Assembly: GCA_015486375.1 (NCBI GenBank)
Contig: WFRR01000173.1
Coordinates: 1 to 44,537 of the forward strand
From: Thiotrichaceae bacterium
GTDB lineage: Bacteria; Pseudomonadota; Gammaproteobacteria; Thiotrichales; Thiotrichaceae
Reading direction: 5' to 3'
DNA: 44,537 nucleotides
In this document: in pieces, positions 19,533 to 29,945 of the stretch
How the letters are laid out: every line of letters begins with the position of its first letter
Numbering within the stretch: position 1 is the first letter of the stretch
Program-made: the position numbers and the translations under genes
Notes under the pieces: model-generated
Database searches by the model: none
What the model was told of the DNA's origin: nothing
What the model saw: the letters and a program-made list of their open reading frames with translations, nothing else

Positions 19533-19740
19533 TGCGCTATCTCAGAAACCTATGTCGTCGATGATCATACAAGGGTATACCCTTTATTTTATTGTTTTTT
19601 ATATTTGCTGTAGAGTTTAGTCTAGTTCGAGTAAAAATCAGCAGCTTGTTCTATTGTTAGACAACTTGCCTATTCAAGTGTCGTGATAGGAGTTCTGATA
19701 TTATCAGATGTCTCTAAACTGACTCCATTTAAGACAACTC

Positions 19741-20844
19741 ATGGATTTAAACCAATTTCCTAGTACCGATACATGGCAAGAATTACTTGTTAATGATACC
19801 CCTTTATTGGATGTTCGCGCTCCCATTGAATTTGATAATGGTGCATTTCCACAGGCGGTTAATTTACCGCTAATGGATGATAATGACCGTGAAGCCATTG
19901 GCATTTGCTATAAACAATCAGGGCAAGCTGCTGCGATTAAATTAGGAGAAAATCGGGTTAAGGGCGGCATTAAAGCCCAGCGTGTACAAGAATGGGTTAA
20001 CTTTATTGAAGCCAATCCAAACGCAGTTTTATACTGTTTTCGAGGTGGACTACGTTCTAAAATTACACAACTCTGGATTTATGAAGCAACGGGTAAAATC
20101 ATTCCTCGGGTTGAGGGTGGTTACAAAATGTTACGTCGTTTCCTCTTAGACTCGATTGATACCTCCATGCAAAAAATTGACGCAACCATCTTAAGTGGAC
20201 GAACAGGTTCAGGAAAAACACGCTTATTGTATGAACTCGACGATATGATTGATTTGGAAGGTTTAGCTAATCATCGCGGTTCAGCCTTTGGACGTACAAC
20301 TACCCCGCAGCCGACCCCCATTAGCTTTGAAAATGCATTAGCAATTCAATTATTAAAACAGTTGCAACAAGGTAAAACGCAATTAGTGTTTGAAGATGAA
20401 AGCCGTAATATTGGCTCATTACATTTACCTCAAGGTTTTTTTGAACAATTAAAGCAAGCGAAAATCGTGGTACTGCAAACGACTGATTCACAAAGGATTG
20501 ATATTTCTATCCAAGAATATATTACTGATATGGAAATTGCATGGCAGCAACTAGGTAAAGGTTTTAGTGAATTTTCTGAATATCTATTATCTAGCTTAAT
20601 ACGGATAAAAAAACGCCTCGGTGCAGTACGTTATCAAGATTTATATACTCAAATGCAATACGCCTTAGAACTACACCAACAACAGGGTGATTTATCTATT
20701 TATCGTGACATTATTGGAAAAATCTTAATACAATATTATGACCCAATGTATGATTATCAATTAGATAAAAAACAAGAACGGGTGGTTTTTTCGGGTAATA
20801 AGCAGGCAGTGATTAAGTATCTTAACGCATTGGGTATTCAATAA
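19741..20844 (+). CDS. mnmH: tRNA 2-selenouridine/geranyl-2-thiouridine synthase
   Basis: N-terminal rhodanese domain aligning to E. coli YbbB (TPLLDVRAPIEFDNGAFPQAVNLPLM…ICYKQ). Active-site Cys in CFRGGLRS. P-loop GRTGSGKT. Confidence 0.9.
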   Translation: MDLNQFPSTDTWQELLVNDTPLLDVRAPIEFDNGAFPQAVNLPLMDDNDREAIGICYKQSGQAAAIKLGENRVKGGIKAQRVQEWVNFIEANPNAVLYCFRGGLRSKITQLWIYEATGKIIPRVEGGYKMLRRFLLDSIDTSMQKIDATILSGRTGSGKTRLLYELDDMIDLEGLANHRGSAFGRTTTPQPTPISFENALAIQLLKQLQQGKTQLVFEDESRNIGSLHLPQGFFEQLKQAKIVVLQTTDSQRIDISIQEYITDMEIAWQQLGKGFSEFSEYLLSSLIRIKKRLGAVRYQDLYTQMQYALELHQQQGDLSIYRDIIGKILIQYYDPMYDYQLDKKQERVVFSGNKQAVIKYLNALGIQ

Positions 20845-22202
20845 TGGCAAAAGTAAAAACTCGTTACAATTGTACTCAGTGCGGTACACAACATCCCAAA
20901 TGGGCAGGGCAATGCAATGATTGTGGTGAATGGAATACTTTAGAAGAAGTTGTTGCTGAAGCCAGTAAGCCGACTAATTCCCGTTTTGCAGGCTATTCAG
21001 GTGAAGTCACCCGTATCCAGACCTTAAAAGATGTCAGTTTAGCGGAGCATCCCCGTATCTCCACCAAGATGTTAGAACTGGATCGTGTTTTAGGAGGGGG
21101 TTTAGTACAGGGTTCAGTGGTATTAATTGGGGGTGATCCGGGCATTGGTAAATCAACTATTTTGATTCAAGCACTGGCGAGTTTTTCCAAATTAAAAAGC
21201 TTATATGTCACGGGAGAAGAATCTTTACAGCAGGTGAGTTTACGAGCGAAGCGATTGGAGCTGCCTTTAGATAATTTACGTTTACTCACAGAAACCAGTG
21301 TTGAGCAAATTTTGGCACAGGTTAAATTAGAAAAACCTGAATTAATGGTGATTGATTCTATTCAAACCATTTACACAGAACATTTACAATCTGCACCAGG
21401 GTCGGTTAGTCAAATTCGTGAAGCAACCGCCCAGTTAACCCGTTTTGCTAAACAAAGTAATACCGCTATGTTTATTGTCGGACATGTGACTAAAGAAGGT
21501 ACATTAGCGGGACCACGAGTATTAGAACATATGGTTGATACCGTACTGTATTTTGAGGGTAACCCCGGAGAACGCTACCGTATTTTACGTGCGGTTAAAA
21601 ACCGCTTTGGAGCAGTCAATGAACTGGGTGTTTTTGCAATGACCGATAAGGGTTTAAAAGAAGTGAGCAACCCTTCTGCTATCTTCTTGTCTCGGCATGA
21701 AGAACCTGTTTCTGGCAGTGTCATTATGGTGACACGAGAAGGCACACGGCCCTTATTAGTCGAAGTTCAAGCATTGGTGGATGAAAGTCATGGTGCAATG
21801 CCAAGGCGGGTTGCCTTGGGGCTTGAGCAAAATCGGATGGCGATGTTATTGGCGGTGATGCACCGTCATGGTGGTATTTCAATGTTTGATCAAGATGTCT
21901 TTGTCAATGTGGTGGGGGGAGTTAAAATCACAGAAACTGCCGCAGATTTACCTTTATTAATTTCAGCCTTTTCGAGTTTTCGGAATAAACCCTTAGCTCA
22001 AGATATGGTGATGTTTGGTGAAGTTGGTTTAGCAGGAGAAATTCGTCCAGTGCCAAATGGTGAAGAACGTTTAAAAGAAGCAGTAAAACATGGCTTTAAA
22101 CGGGCAATTGTACCGAAGTTAAATCAACCCCAGAAAAAAATTAAGGGTTTAGAAATTTTTGCAGCACAGCGATTGCAAGATGTTGTGGCGTATTTGTGCT
22201 AG
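20844..22202 (+). CDS. radA: DNA repair protein RadA/Sms
   Basis: C4 zinc finger CTQCG…CNDCGEW. Walker A GGDPGIGKST. KNRFG motif (AVKNRFGA). Lon-like C-terminal domain. 452 aa. Its ATG overlaps the mnmH stop (TAATG). Confidence 0.95.
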   Translation: MAKVKTRYNCTQCGTQHPKWAGQCNDCGEWNTLEEVVAEASKPTNSRFAGYSGEVTRIQTLKDVSLAEHPRISTKMLELDRVLGGGLVQGSVVLIGGDPGIGKSTILIQALASFSKLKSLYVTGEESLQQVSLRAKRLELPLDNLRLLTETSVEQILAQVKLEKPELMVIDSIQTIYTEHLQSAPGSVSQIREATAQLTRFAKQSNTAMFIVGHVTKEGTLAGPRVLEHMVDTVLYFEGNPGERYRILRAVKNRFGAVNELGVFAMTDKGLKEVSNPSAIFLSRHEEPVSGSVIMVTREGTRPLLVEVQALVDESHGAMPRRVALGLEQNRMAMLLAVMHRHGGISMFDQDVFVNVVGGVKITETAADLPLLISAFSSFRNKPLAQDMVMFGEVGLAGEIRPVPNGEERLKEAVKHGFKRAIVPKLNQPQKKIKGLEIFAAQRLQDVVAYLC

Positions 22203-22341
22203 TCTGTAGCGCAATCTCCATAGAAATGATTAATTTCCGCACAGTAATTTAATTTATCTTTGATTGTATGAGTATTTCGTGCAATTAGAATTTTCTATTA
22301 CTATACTGCCCACCCTTTTTGCCCTTGACGTATAAACTATA

Positions 22342-24180
22342 ATGTCTGAACCAACTTTTGATGCACTTAATCTTGCTGAACCTATTCTCGAATCAATTCG
22401 TGAACAAGGTTATACAATGCCCTCTGCCATCCAAGTAGAAAGCATCCCTCCCATTTTAGCAGGCAAAGATATTCTTGGTCAGGCACAAACAGGAACAGGA
22501 AAAACGGCTGCATTTGCATTACCGCTGTTATCACGTTTAGAGGTTAACGAATATTTACCGCAAGTTTTAGTGTTAGCACCGACCCGAGAATTAGCTATAC
22601 AAGTAGCTGAAGCCTTTCAAACATATGCAAAGCACCTACGCGGTGTAAAGGTATTACCTATTTATGGCGGGCAAAGCTATGAAGTGCAATTACGACAATT
22701 AAAGCGTGGCGTACATGTTGTAGTGGGTACACCAGGGCGGGTGATGGATCATATTCGTCGTAAAACGCTTAAGTTGGAAAACTTGAAAACGCTCGTGTTA
22801 GATGAAGCTGATGAAATGCTACGCATGGGCTTTATTGATGATGTCGAATGGGTGTTAGAACATACTCCCGATCAGCATCAGACGGCTTTATTCTCAGCCA
22901 CAATGCCCCATCAAATTCAAAAGGTATCGAATAAATACCTGAATAATCCTGTTCATATTAAGATTACAGGCAAAACAACCACAGCAACGACTATTCGTCA
23001 ACGCTATATCCAAGTCAGTGGCTATCATAAGTTTGATGCACTGACCCGTATCTTAGAAATGGAAACATTTGATGCGATGCTGGTGTTTGTTCGCACCAAA
23101 AGTAATACGGTTGAATTAGCTGAAAAACTTTCTACTAATGGTTATGCGGCTGAAGCCTTAAACGGTGATATTCCACAGAATCAGCGTGAACGTATTGTTG
23201 ATCGCCTCAAAAAAGGCAATTTAGATATTTTAATCGCAACGGATGTGGTTGCGCGGGGCTTGGATGTTAAGCGTATCAGTCATGTTATGAATTATGATAT
23301 TCCGCATGATACTGAATCTTATGTACACCGTATTGGACGTACAGGACGGGCAGGACGTGAAGGCGATGCCATTCTGTTTTTGACTCCGCGTGAACGTTAT
23401 ATGCTGCGTTCGATTGAGCGGGCGACTAATCAAAAAATCAGTCAAATTGAATTACCCAGTATTGATGCGATCAATGCTCAACGGGTTGAAAGCTTCAAAA
23501 AGAAGATTACCGCTTCAATCGCCAATGAAGATTTAGCTTTTTATCAAAAACTGATTAATGAATATTTAGCCGATACAGAGTTTGATCCGAGTCAAGTTGC
23601 CGCGGCATTGGCATTCATTGCCCAAGGTAACAAGCCTTTCTTATTGACTGAGCCTAAACGCACTAAACGCGAACCACGTAATAATCAAGATCGTGGCAAT
23701 AATCGGAATGATCGTGGACGTAGAAATGACCGTGGCAGTGACCGTAACAGTGATCGCCGTCCTGTTCGTGATAAGAAAGTCGTCATGGAAGCCCAGCCGT
23801 TAAAAGATCACCCTTCCATTGATATGATACGTTATCGTTTGGATGTCGGTCGTAAAGATCGTGTTAAGCCCGGTAATATTGTTGGCGCAATTGCCAATGA
23901 AGCAGGTTTAGAAAGTAAATACATTGGTAGCATTGAAATTTATGACACCTTTAGTAGTATTGATCTTCCTGATGGTATGCCCGCTGAAGTATTTAAATCA
24001 TTGGAAAATACCCGTATTTGCGGACGTAAAGCTAATCTTGAAGTCTTAGCAGGCTACTCGGGTAGTCAACGTGAAGAGAGTCAGTCTGATTTTAGAAAGC
24101 CTGCCAAGAAAAACTTTAAAGGTAGAGGCAATCCACGCGGCGGTAAAGGAAGACCAAAAGCTAGTCACCGTAACCGCTAG
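22342..24180 (+). CDS. deaD: Cold-shock-type DEAD-box RNA helicase DeaD/CsdA
   Basis: Q motif, AQTGTGKT, PTRELA, TPGR, DEAD, SAT and HRIGRTGRAG are all present. Arg/Asp-rich low-complexity linker (RNDRGRRNDRGSDR…). DbpA-type C-terminal RNA-binding domain. Confidence 0.95.
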   Translation: MSEPTFDALNLAEPILESIREQGYTMPSAIQVESIPPILAGKDILGQAQTGTGKTAAFALPLLSRLEVNEYLPQVLVLAPTRELAIQVAEAFQTYAKHLRGVKVLPIYGGQSYEVQLRQLKRGVHVVVGTPGRVMDHIRRKTLKLENLKTLVLDEADEMLRMGFIDDVEWVLEHTPDQHQTALFSATMPHQIQKVSNKYLNNPVHIKITGKTTTATTIRQRYIQVSGYHKFDALTRILEMETFDAMLVFVRTKSNTVELAEKLSTNGYAAEALNGDIPQNQRERIVDRLKKGNLDILIATDVVARGLDVKRISHVMNYDIPHDTESYVHRIGRTGRAGREGDAILFLTPRERYMLRSIERATNQKISQIELPSIDAINAQRVESFKKKITASIANEDLAFYQKLINEYLADTEFDPSQVAAALAFIAQGNKPFLLTEPKRTKREPRNNQDRGNNRNDRGRRNDRGSDRNSDRRPVRDKKVVMEAQPLKDHPSIDMIRYRLDVGRKDRVKPGNIVGAIANEAGLESKYIGSIEIYDTFSSIDLPDGMPAEVFKSLENTRICGRKANLEVLAGYSGSQREESQSDFRKPAKKNFKGRGNPRGGKGRPKASHRNR

Positions 24181-24232
24181 TTTTTGTCAAAGCAATTTGT
24201 ACTTTTAGGTCGTGGTGTTCTAGTATCCTATT

Positions 24233-25477
24233 ATGTTTAAACCACTCGACCTTTTTATTGGTTTGCGTTATACCCATAAACGCAAAAACCAACGTATCTC
24301 TTACGTCTCACTTGCCTCTGTATTAGGCATTATGATCGGTGTCTTTGTCCTCATTACCATTCTTTCGGTTATGAATGGATTTGAGAAAGAACTACGTGCC
24401 AGAATTCTCGGTATGATTTCGCACGTTACACTGTCTGAAAAAGATGGTTTATTAGAAGATTGGCAAAAACAACGGGATCAATTGGCGAAGTACGAACATG
24501 TAAAAGGTGCTGCACCGTATATCGAAAGCCAAATTATGATTACCTCCGATACTGCTGCTCAAGGAGTTCTCTTACACGGTGTCGATCCTAATTACCAAGC
24601 CGAAGTCAGTCGTATTACCGAACATATGGAGCATGGTTCATTACAAGATTTAGAACCTCGAAGCTATGGCATTGCCATTGGAGTAGAATTGGCAGGCAAA
24701 CTCGGTGTCTTCCCTGGTGATAAAGTCACCTTAATTACGCCCCGTATTCAAATCACGCCCGCTGGCTTATTGCCTCGTATGAAGCGTTTTACGGTAAAAG
24801 CCATTTATCGTATGAATATGAAAGATTACGATAGTGCGACCGCATTTATTCATTTAGATGATGCCGCTCGATTGTTAAAAACACGTAAAGAAGTCACAGG
24901 GATTCGACTGAAACTGGATGATCTATTTTACGCGCCTCAATTTTCCCAACAGCTTGAAAAGAAACTAGGTCAGCAATATAAAGCCACGGATTGGGCAGAA
25001 GCCAATCAGGTCTTTTTCGCAGCGGTTAAAATGGAACGGATTGCGATGTTTATTATTCTATCGTTTATTGTCCTCATTGCCGCCTTTTACTTACTGGCTT
25101 CATTGGTAATGCTTGTTTCTGATAAACAAGCCGATATTGCGATTTTGCGTACTTTAGGCATGTCGCCCAATACCATTCGTAATGTATTTATTATCCAAGG
25201 TAGCTTACTCGGTGTTATTGGCACATTACTTGGTGTCCTATTTGGGGTGATTCTTGCTTTAAATATTGAGACCTTATTACCGCAAATTGAAGCCTTATTT
25301 GGTTTTGAAATATTCCCTGCGGATGTGTACTACATTGCTTATGTTCCCTCAGATTTACGGGCAGATGATGTCTGGATTGTGACGATTGGCTCTATTCTCA
25401 TGGCAATATTAGCAACAATTCCTGCTTCACGTCGGGCTGCTGCAATTCAACCTGTCGAGGCATTGCGTTATGACTAA
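24233..25477 (+). CDS. LolC/LolE-family lipoprotein-releasing ABC permease (first copy)
   Basis: 4-TM FtsX-like architecture with a large periplasmic loop. N-terminus 'GLRYTHKRKNQRISYVSLAS' is typical of LolC/E. Overlaps the next permease gene by 8 nt. Whether it is LolC or LolE cannot be assigned from sequence alone. Confidence 0.85.
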   Translation: MFKPLDLFIGLRYTHKRKNQRISYVSLASVLGIMIGVFVLITILSVMNGFEKELRARILGMISHVTLSEKDGLLEDWQKQRDQLAKYEHVKGAAPYIESQIMITSDTAAQGVLLHGVDPNYQAEVSRITEHMEHGSLQDLEPRSYGIAIGVELAGKLGVFPGDKVTLITPRIQITPAGLLPRMKRFTVKAIYRMNMKDYDSATAFIHLDDAARLLKTRKEVTGIRLKLDDLFYAPQFSQQLEKKLGQQYKATDWAEANQVFFAAVKMERIAMFIILSFIVLIAAFYLLASLVMLVSDKQADIAILRTLGMSPNTIRNVFIIQGSLLGVIGTLLGVLFGVILALNIETLLPQIEALFGFEIFPADVYYIAYVPSDLRADDVWIVTIGSILMAILATIPASRRAAAIQPVEALRYD

Positions 25478-26726
25478 GATGGCACGTCTATTAAGCTTTT
25501 TTATTGGTTTACGTTATACCCGTGCCAAACAAGATAATCGCATTATTTCCTTTATTTCCTTTTCTTCCATTGTGGGCATTTCATTAGGTGTGATTGTGCT
25601 AATAGTGGTGTTGTCGGTAATGAATGGCTTTGAACAAGGTATGCGTGATCGGATTCTCAGTATGATTCCTCATCTGACTATTACAGGTGAAGGACAACGC
25701 TTAGAAGACTGGCAACGTGAAAAATCTAAACTAGAAATTTTCCCTAGCGTGACGGCTCTAGCCCCTTATATTCATAAACAAATGATGTTAAGTAAGGGCG
25801 ATATTGCACAGGGTGTTAGCTTATATGGCGTTGATCCTAGCTTAGAATCTAATGTGAGCGATATACACCGACAGATGTTGCAAGGTAGTTTTGATGATTT
25901 AAAGCAAGGACAACAGGGTATTATTTTAGGTGTAACCTTAGCGAAAAAATTGGATATTAGTTTGGGTGATCGGGTCATGGGCTTAAATCCAATTGTCTCC
26001 AACCAAGCAGGACAGGGCTTACCCGAACTGAAGCAATTTAAAGTTGTCGGTATCTTTAAAGTTGATATGCAGCAATATGATAGCAGTTATGCGTATGCCC
26101 ATATTGCTGATACTGCAAAGGTCTTTAACTTTGCAGATGCGGTAACAGGACTAAGAATTAAATTAGATGATCCTTATCAAGCCCGAGATATTGCTTATTT
26201 TATTTATGAAAATTCAGACACGCCTTATGCGATCGGTGATTGGACGCGTGAAAATAGTAATATTTTTACAGCTATTAAAATGCAGAAGACCACTATGTTT
26301 CTCATCTTAATGATGATTATCTTAGTTGCCGTATTTAATTTAGTGTTTACCTTGTCGATGATCGTACATGATAAACAAGCCGATATTGCTATTCTACGTA
26401 CTTTAGGCTTAACACCCGCACAAGTGATGCGAATCTTTATGGTGCAAGGTTCAATTATTGGTTTACTAGGGACACTAATCGGCACGACTTTAGGGATATT
26501 ACTCGCCAGTAATGTTGAAAATATCGTACCTTTAATTGAACAAATGATGGATCAACATTTTATATCCCCTGAAGTCTATGGAATCAGCCAAGTTGAAGCC
26601 TATGTTAATTATGCTGAAGTCGCACTGATTGCGGGAACAGCCTTTATTTTAGCCTTACTGGCTACCCTCTATCCCGCGTGGAAAGCCTCCAAGGTCCAAG
26701 CAGCAGAAGCCTTACGTTATGAATAA
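25470..26726 (+). CDS. LolC/LolE-family lipoprotein-releasing ABC permease (second copy)
   Basis: Paralogue of the preceding gene ([21 protein letters not shown]…). Overlaps lolD by 8 nt. Confidence 0.85.
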   Translation: MTKMARLLSFFIGLRYTRAKQDNRIISFISFSSIVGISLGVIVLIVVLSVMNGFEQGMRDRILSMIPHLTITGEGQRLEDWQREKSKLEIFPSVTALAPYIHKQMMLSKGDIAQGVSLYGVDPSLESNVSDIHRQMLQGSFDDLKQGQQGIILGVTLAKKLDISLGDRVMGLNPIVSNQAGQGLPELKQFKVVGIFKVDMQQYDSSYAYAHIADTAKVFNFADAVTGLRIKLDDPYQARDIAYFIYENSDTPYAIGDWTRENSNIFTAIKMQKTTMFLILMMIILVAVFNLVFTLSMIVHDKQADIAILRTLGLTPAQVMRIFMVQGSIIGLLGTLIGTTLGILLASNVENIVPLIEQMMDQHFISPEVYGISQVEAYVNYAEVALIAGTAFILALLATLYPAWKASKVQAAEALRYE

Positions 26727-27426
26727 TAATAAATCCGAGCGTCATTCTCGTTGCATTATCGAGTGTCACAATTTACAAAAACGTTACACCGAAGGTAACT
26801 TAGACGTTAATGTCCTTAAAGGGATTAGTTTAGCCATTAATGAAGGTGAGAAAATTGCCATTGTTGGCACATCAGGCAGTGGTAAAAGTACCTTATTGCA
26901 TTTGCTCGGTAGCTTAGATTTACCCAGTGCAGGGCAAGTCAATATTTTAGGTCAAGACATTAGCAAATTATCCGATCGAGCCAGAAGTTTATTACGCAAT
27001 CGTTCTTTAGGGTTTATCTATCAATTCCATCATTTACTGCCTGAATTTACGGCATTAGAAAATGTAGCGATGCCCTTATTAATTGGAAAACATAGCGTTA
27101 AAGAAGCGACCGATTTAGCCTCAGAAATGCTAATCAAAGTGGGTTTAGAGCAGCGTTTACAACATAAACCTGGACAACTCTCTGGTGGAGAACGCCAACG
27201 TGCTGCCATTGCAAGAGCTTTAGTTACCCACCCTCGGGCAGTCTTAGCCGATGAGCCAACAGGTAACTTAGACCATGCAACTGCTAACCGAGTTTTTGAT
27301 TTAATGCAGGAACTGAATGAACAGATGAAAACTGCTTTTATCGTGGTGACTCATGATTTAGAGTTAGCTAAAAAGATGGACCGAGCATATCTATTGTTAG
27401 ATGGCGAATTAAAAGCAGAGTTTTAA
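26719..27426 (+). CDS. lolD: Lipoprotein-releasing system ATP-binding protein
   Basis: Walker [13 protein letters not shown] signature LSGGERQR. Walker [12 protein letters not shown]. 235 aa. Last gene of the lol operon. Confidence 0.9.
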   Translation: MNNNKSERHSRCIIECHNLQKRYTEGNLDVNVLKGISLAINEGEKIAIVGTSGSGKSTLLHLLGSLDLPSAGQVNILGQDISKLSDRARSLLRNRSLGFIYQFHHLLPEFTALENVAMPLLIGKHSVKEATDLASEMLIKVGLEQRLQHKPGQLSGGERQRAAIARALVTHPRAVLADEPTGNLDHATANRVFDLMQELNEQMKTAFIVVTHDLELAKKMDRAYLLLDGELKAEF

Positions 27427-28201
27427 ATACATTTAATTTTTTGTCCGTGGTAAAGCTACAACAAGACAGTTTTAAACGGCTTAAATACGCTCTGATTGAA
27501 TAATAGTCGGATATAAACTTAAATCTAAAAATGAAATTTAAACTAATTTAAATAGTTTGTATTTTTTACCCGTTAATCACACTTATTGTCTATTTAGGTC
27601 GTACGGTTTAACGGTATTTTTGCTACGTATAGGATATTCTTGCGTATAGAAATTATTAATGTTTTTTGATTTGAATAAAAGTACAGTAAAGAATTGTATT
27701 AATTAACTAAATCATAGAAAATTCAATTAATAATTTATTTGAATTTTTGAGTTTATTGACATATATCTATAATTTGTTGTGGTTTTTCACCTAAAATAAC
27801 GTGTAATAATCGTTCAGCGAAATGACAGATGAATTTAGGTAGAATACCCTTGGGCTGGCGTATTGATAAGCTTAATCTCATTATGATAAGCATTTTTGTG
27901 ATAGAATCAATAGAACGATTTTATATAGCGATTTCAGGCTAAAAAATCGACCGTTTACTGAAATTGTTGCGATTATACAACGTATGTGTATTGACTTTTT
28001 GTAACATATGTAATAATTTTCATACAAAACTAACGCCATTATTCTTGAGTAAAATAACAACATTCAAGAATTCGCAAGCGCGTTCACGATACTTAAATCG
28101 TTTTCAGCTATCTTAAAAGAGATATTAATTGATCGGTGATACCCCAAGCCGTCTTACATAATTTAACCAAATATAATCAACGCATTCTTTAAGCGTTAGA
28201 C

Positions 28202-29893
28202 GTGGAAGATACAACCTTGTTATTTTCAGAATTAGGCTTAAATAGCGATTGTCTCGCTACTTTGGAGCAAGCTGGCTATAAAGAGCCAACAGAGTTACAG
28301 CAGCAACTGATACCCCTCATTCAGGCGAAAAAAAGTGTCTTAGTGAAACGATTGTCTGCTTCAGGTAAAACAGGTGCCTTTTTAATTCCTGCCATTAATT
28401 ATGTGCTTGAAAACCCTTTAGAGGAATATCAAGGCGCACGTATTTTGATACTCACTTCACGCAAAGATCGTGTTAACCAAATCAAATACACCGTAAAAAA
28501 ACTGGCTAATAGTCAGAATTTCCGCTTTGGCTTTATTGTCAGTGGTCGTCCCTACCAGCCACAGATGCGCTTGTTACGTCGTCCGCTGGATATTATGGTC
28601 GCGACCCCAGGGCGTTTAAGTGATTTAGCCAACAATGGCAAAGCTAACTTTTCCCAGCTGGAAATGTTAATTATTGACGATCTCGCCTCGATGTATCACA
28701 AGGGTTTTCAAAGCCTGATTGATAAGATATTTTCACAGCGCGTTGAAGCCTACCCGATTATTTGCTTTGTACGCGATGAAGCTGAAGTGATTAATTATGC
28801 GAAAAGCTTAGAGCCAAATATCATTGAAATCGATATTGAGGAAGACAAACATCCCTTAGCTAAAATTCCACAAACCCTGCACCTTTGTGATGATTACACC
28901 CATAAGATTGCCATTATGGATTATCTTTTGGATGACTATCAGGGTGAACGGTGTTTGATTTATACGACGAACGAAAAATCCGCACAGCATTTAGTTGATA
29001 ACCTTGCTAATCATGGTCATGCAGCCGAATTAGCATCGCAACTGAGTACAGAAGAACAAACTAGTAGCAAAATTTTAGTGGTCAGTGATGAATACCCTAT
29101 CAACTTACCTTCTTACGATTTTAAGCATGTGATGCAATTTGAATTAGCAAAATCAACGCAGAATTACAGCAAGCGTTTGGAATATAAGCAATGGGAAGGA
29201 CGTGATGAAGCAGTAATTGCCTTATTAACGATTCAAGAACGGGAATCATTAAAGAAAATTGAAGAACTGCTTTCAACACCACTAGAACAACGGAGCGTAC
29301 CGGGGTTAGAGTCACTGAATCCTTTTGCAACCTTAAAGCCTAACTTCTTAGCCAGTCCAAGCAATACAAACAAACAAGAGCGCAAACCTAACCAGCGTCG
29401 TCATGCAGGACAATTTGGTAAACGTCGCTCAAGCTCGGATCGTAATCATCAAGAGCAACGCAATAATCAAGACGGTTCTCATACACAGCGTCGGGCTAAG
29501 AAAGGTCGTTTTGGGCGTTTAAGTGGCGGAATTCACCGTAAGCGTGAAGAAGCTTCTGAACAACAACAGAATAGCAATAATAAAGGACATTGGAAAAAGA
29601 AGCCGCATCATAGTCATAATCAGCAGACGGGTAATAACAGTACCGCGACACCCCAACGAACTTCAGAGTTTTCTAAGCCCAATAATAGAAACTATACCGA
29701 CAAACCCAGTTACCCTCGTAGTAGTGCTAAACCCCATTATAAAAAGCCGCGTAGTCACTGGTCAGATAGTAGTAGTAATAGTGGTTCTAGCTTTCCTGTG
29801 ATTAAAGACCCACAAGAGCAAGCACAGAAAAGTCCGAGTACTAAAAAAGTTGTGGTACGTTACAAAGACAAAAAACGCTTTTTAAAAAAATAA
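28202..29893 (+). CDS. Degenerate (probably ATPase-dead) DEAD-box helicase paralogue with a long basic low-complexity C-terminal tail
   Basis: Q motif and the F-ELGL N-terminus are retained. Motif I is altered (RLSASGKT). Motif Ia is lost. TPGR is kept (ATPGRL). Motif II is DDLA instead of DEAD. SAT becomes CFV. Motif VI is replaced (YSKRLEYKQWEGRDEAVIALL versus YVHRIGRTGRAGREGDAILFL in deaD). The ~190-aa tail is rich in N/Q/S/K/R/H. The start is uncertain: GTG at 28202 or TTG at 28217. Confidence 0.7.
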   Translation: MEDTTLLFSELGLNSDCLATLEQAGYKEPTELQQQLIPLIQAKKSVLVKRLSASGKTGAFLIPAINYVLENPLEEYQGARILILTSRKDRVNQIKYTVKKLANSQNFRFGFIVSGRPYQPQMRLLRRPLDIMVATPGRLSDLANNGKANFSQLEMLIIDDLASMYHKGFQSLIDKIFSQRVEAYPIICFVRDEAEVINYAKSLEPNIIEIDIEEDKHPLAKIPQTLHLCDDYTHKIAIMDYLLDDYQGERCLIYTTNEKSAQHLVDNLANHGHAAELASQLSTEEQTSSKILVVSDEYPINLPSYDFKHVMQFELAKSTQNYSKRLEYKQWEGRDEAVIALLTIQERESLKKIEELLSTPLEQRSVPGLESLNPFATLKPNFLASPSNTNKQERKPNQRRHAGQFGKRRSSSDRNHQEQRNNQDGSHTQRRAKKGRFGRLSGGIHRKREEASEQQQNSNNKGHWKKKPHHSHNQQTGNNSTATPQRTSEFSKPNNRNYTDKPSYPRSSAKPHYKKPRSHWSDSSSNSGSSFPVIKDPQEQAQKSPSTKKVVVRYKDKKRFLKK

Positions 29894-29945
29894 ACCCCTA
29901 AAATAAACTATGATTATTCATACGAATTTTACTTAAGAGTAACTT

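Noticed and set aside
22325-22342. TTGACG followed by TATAAA/TATAAT immediately upstream of the deaD ATG
   Set aside because: The hexamers abut with no spacer, and the -10-like sequence overlaps the start codon. This is not a functional promoter geometry.
27756-27773. Consensus TTGACA and TATAAT hexamers
   Set aside because: They are separated by only 6 bp, far from the 17±1 bp needed for a sigma70 promoter.
28202-29893. Possibility that the degenerate helicase is a frameshifted pseudogene
   Set aside because: The reading frame is continuous for 563 codons with no internal stops. Motif degeneration is by substitution, not truncation. I therefore call it an intact but divergent CDS, pending comparison with orthologues.
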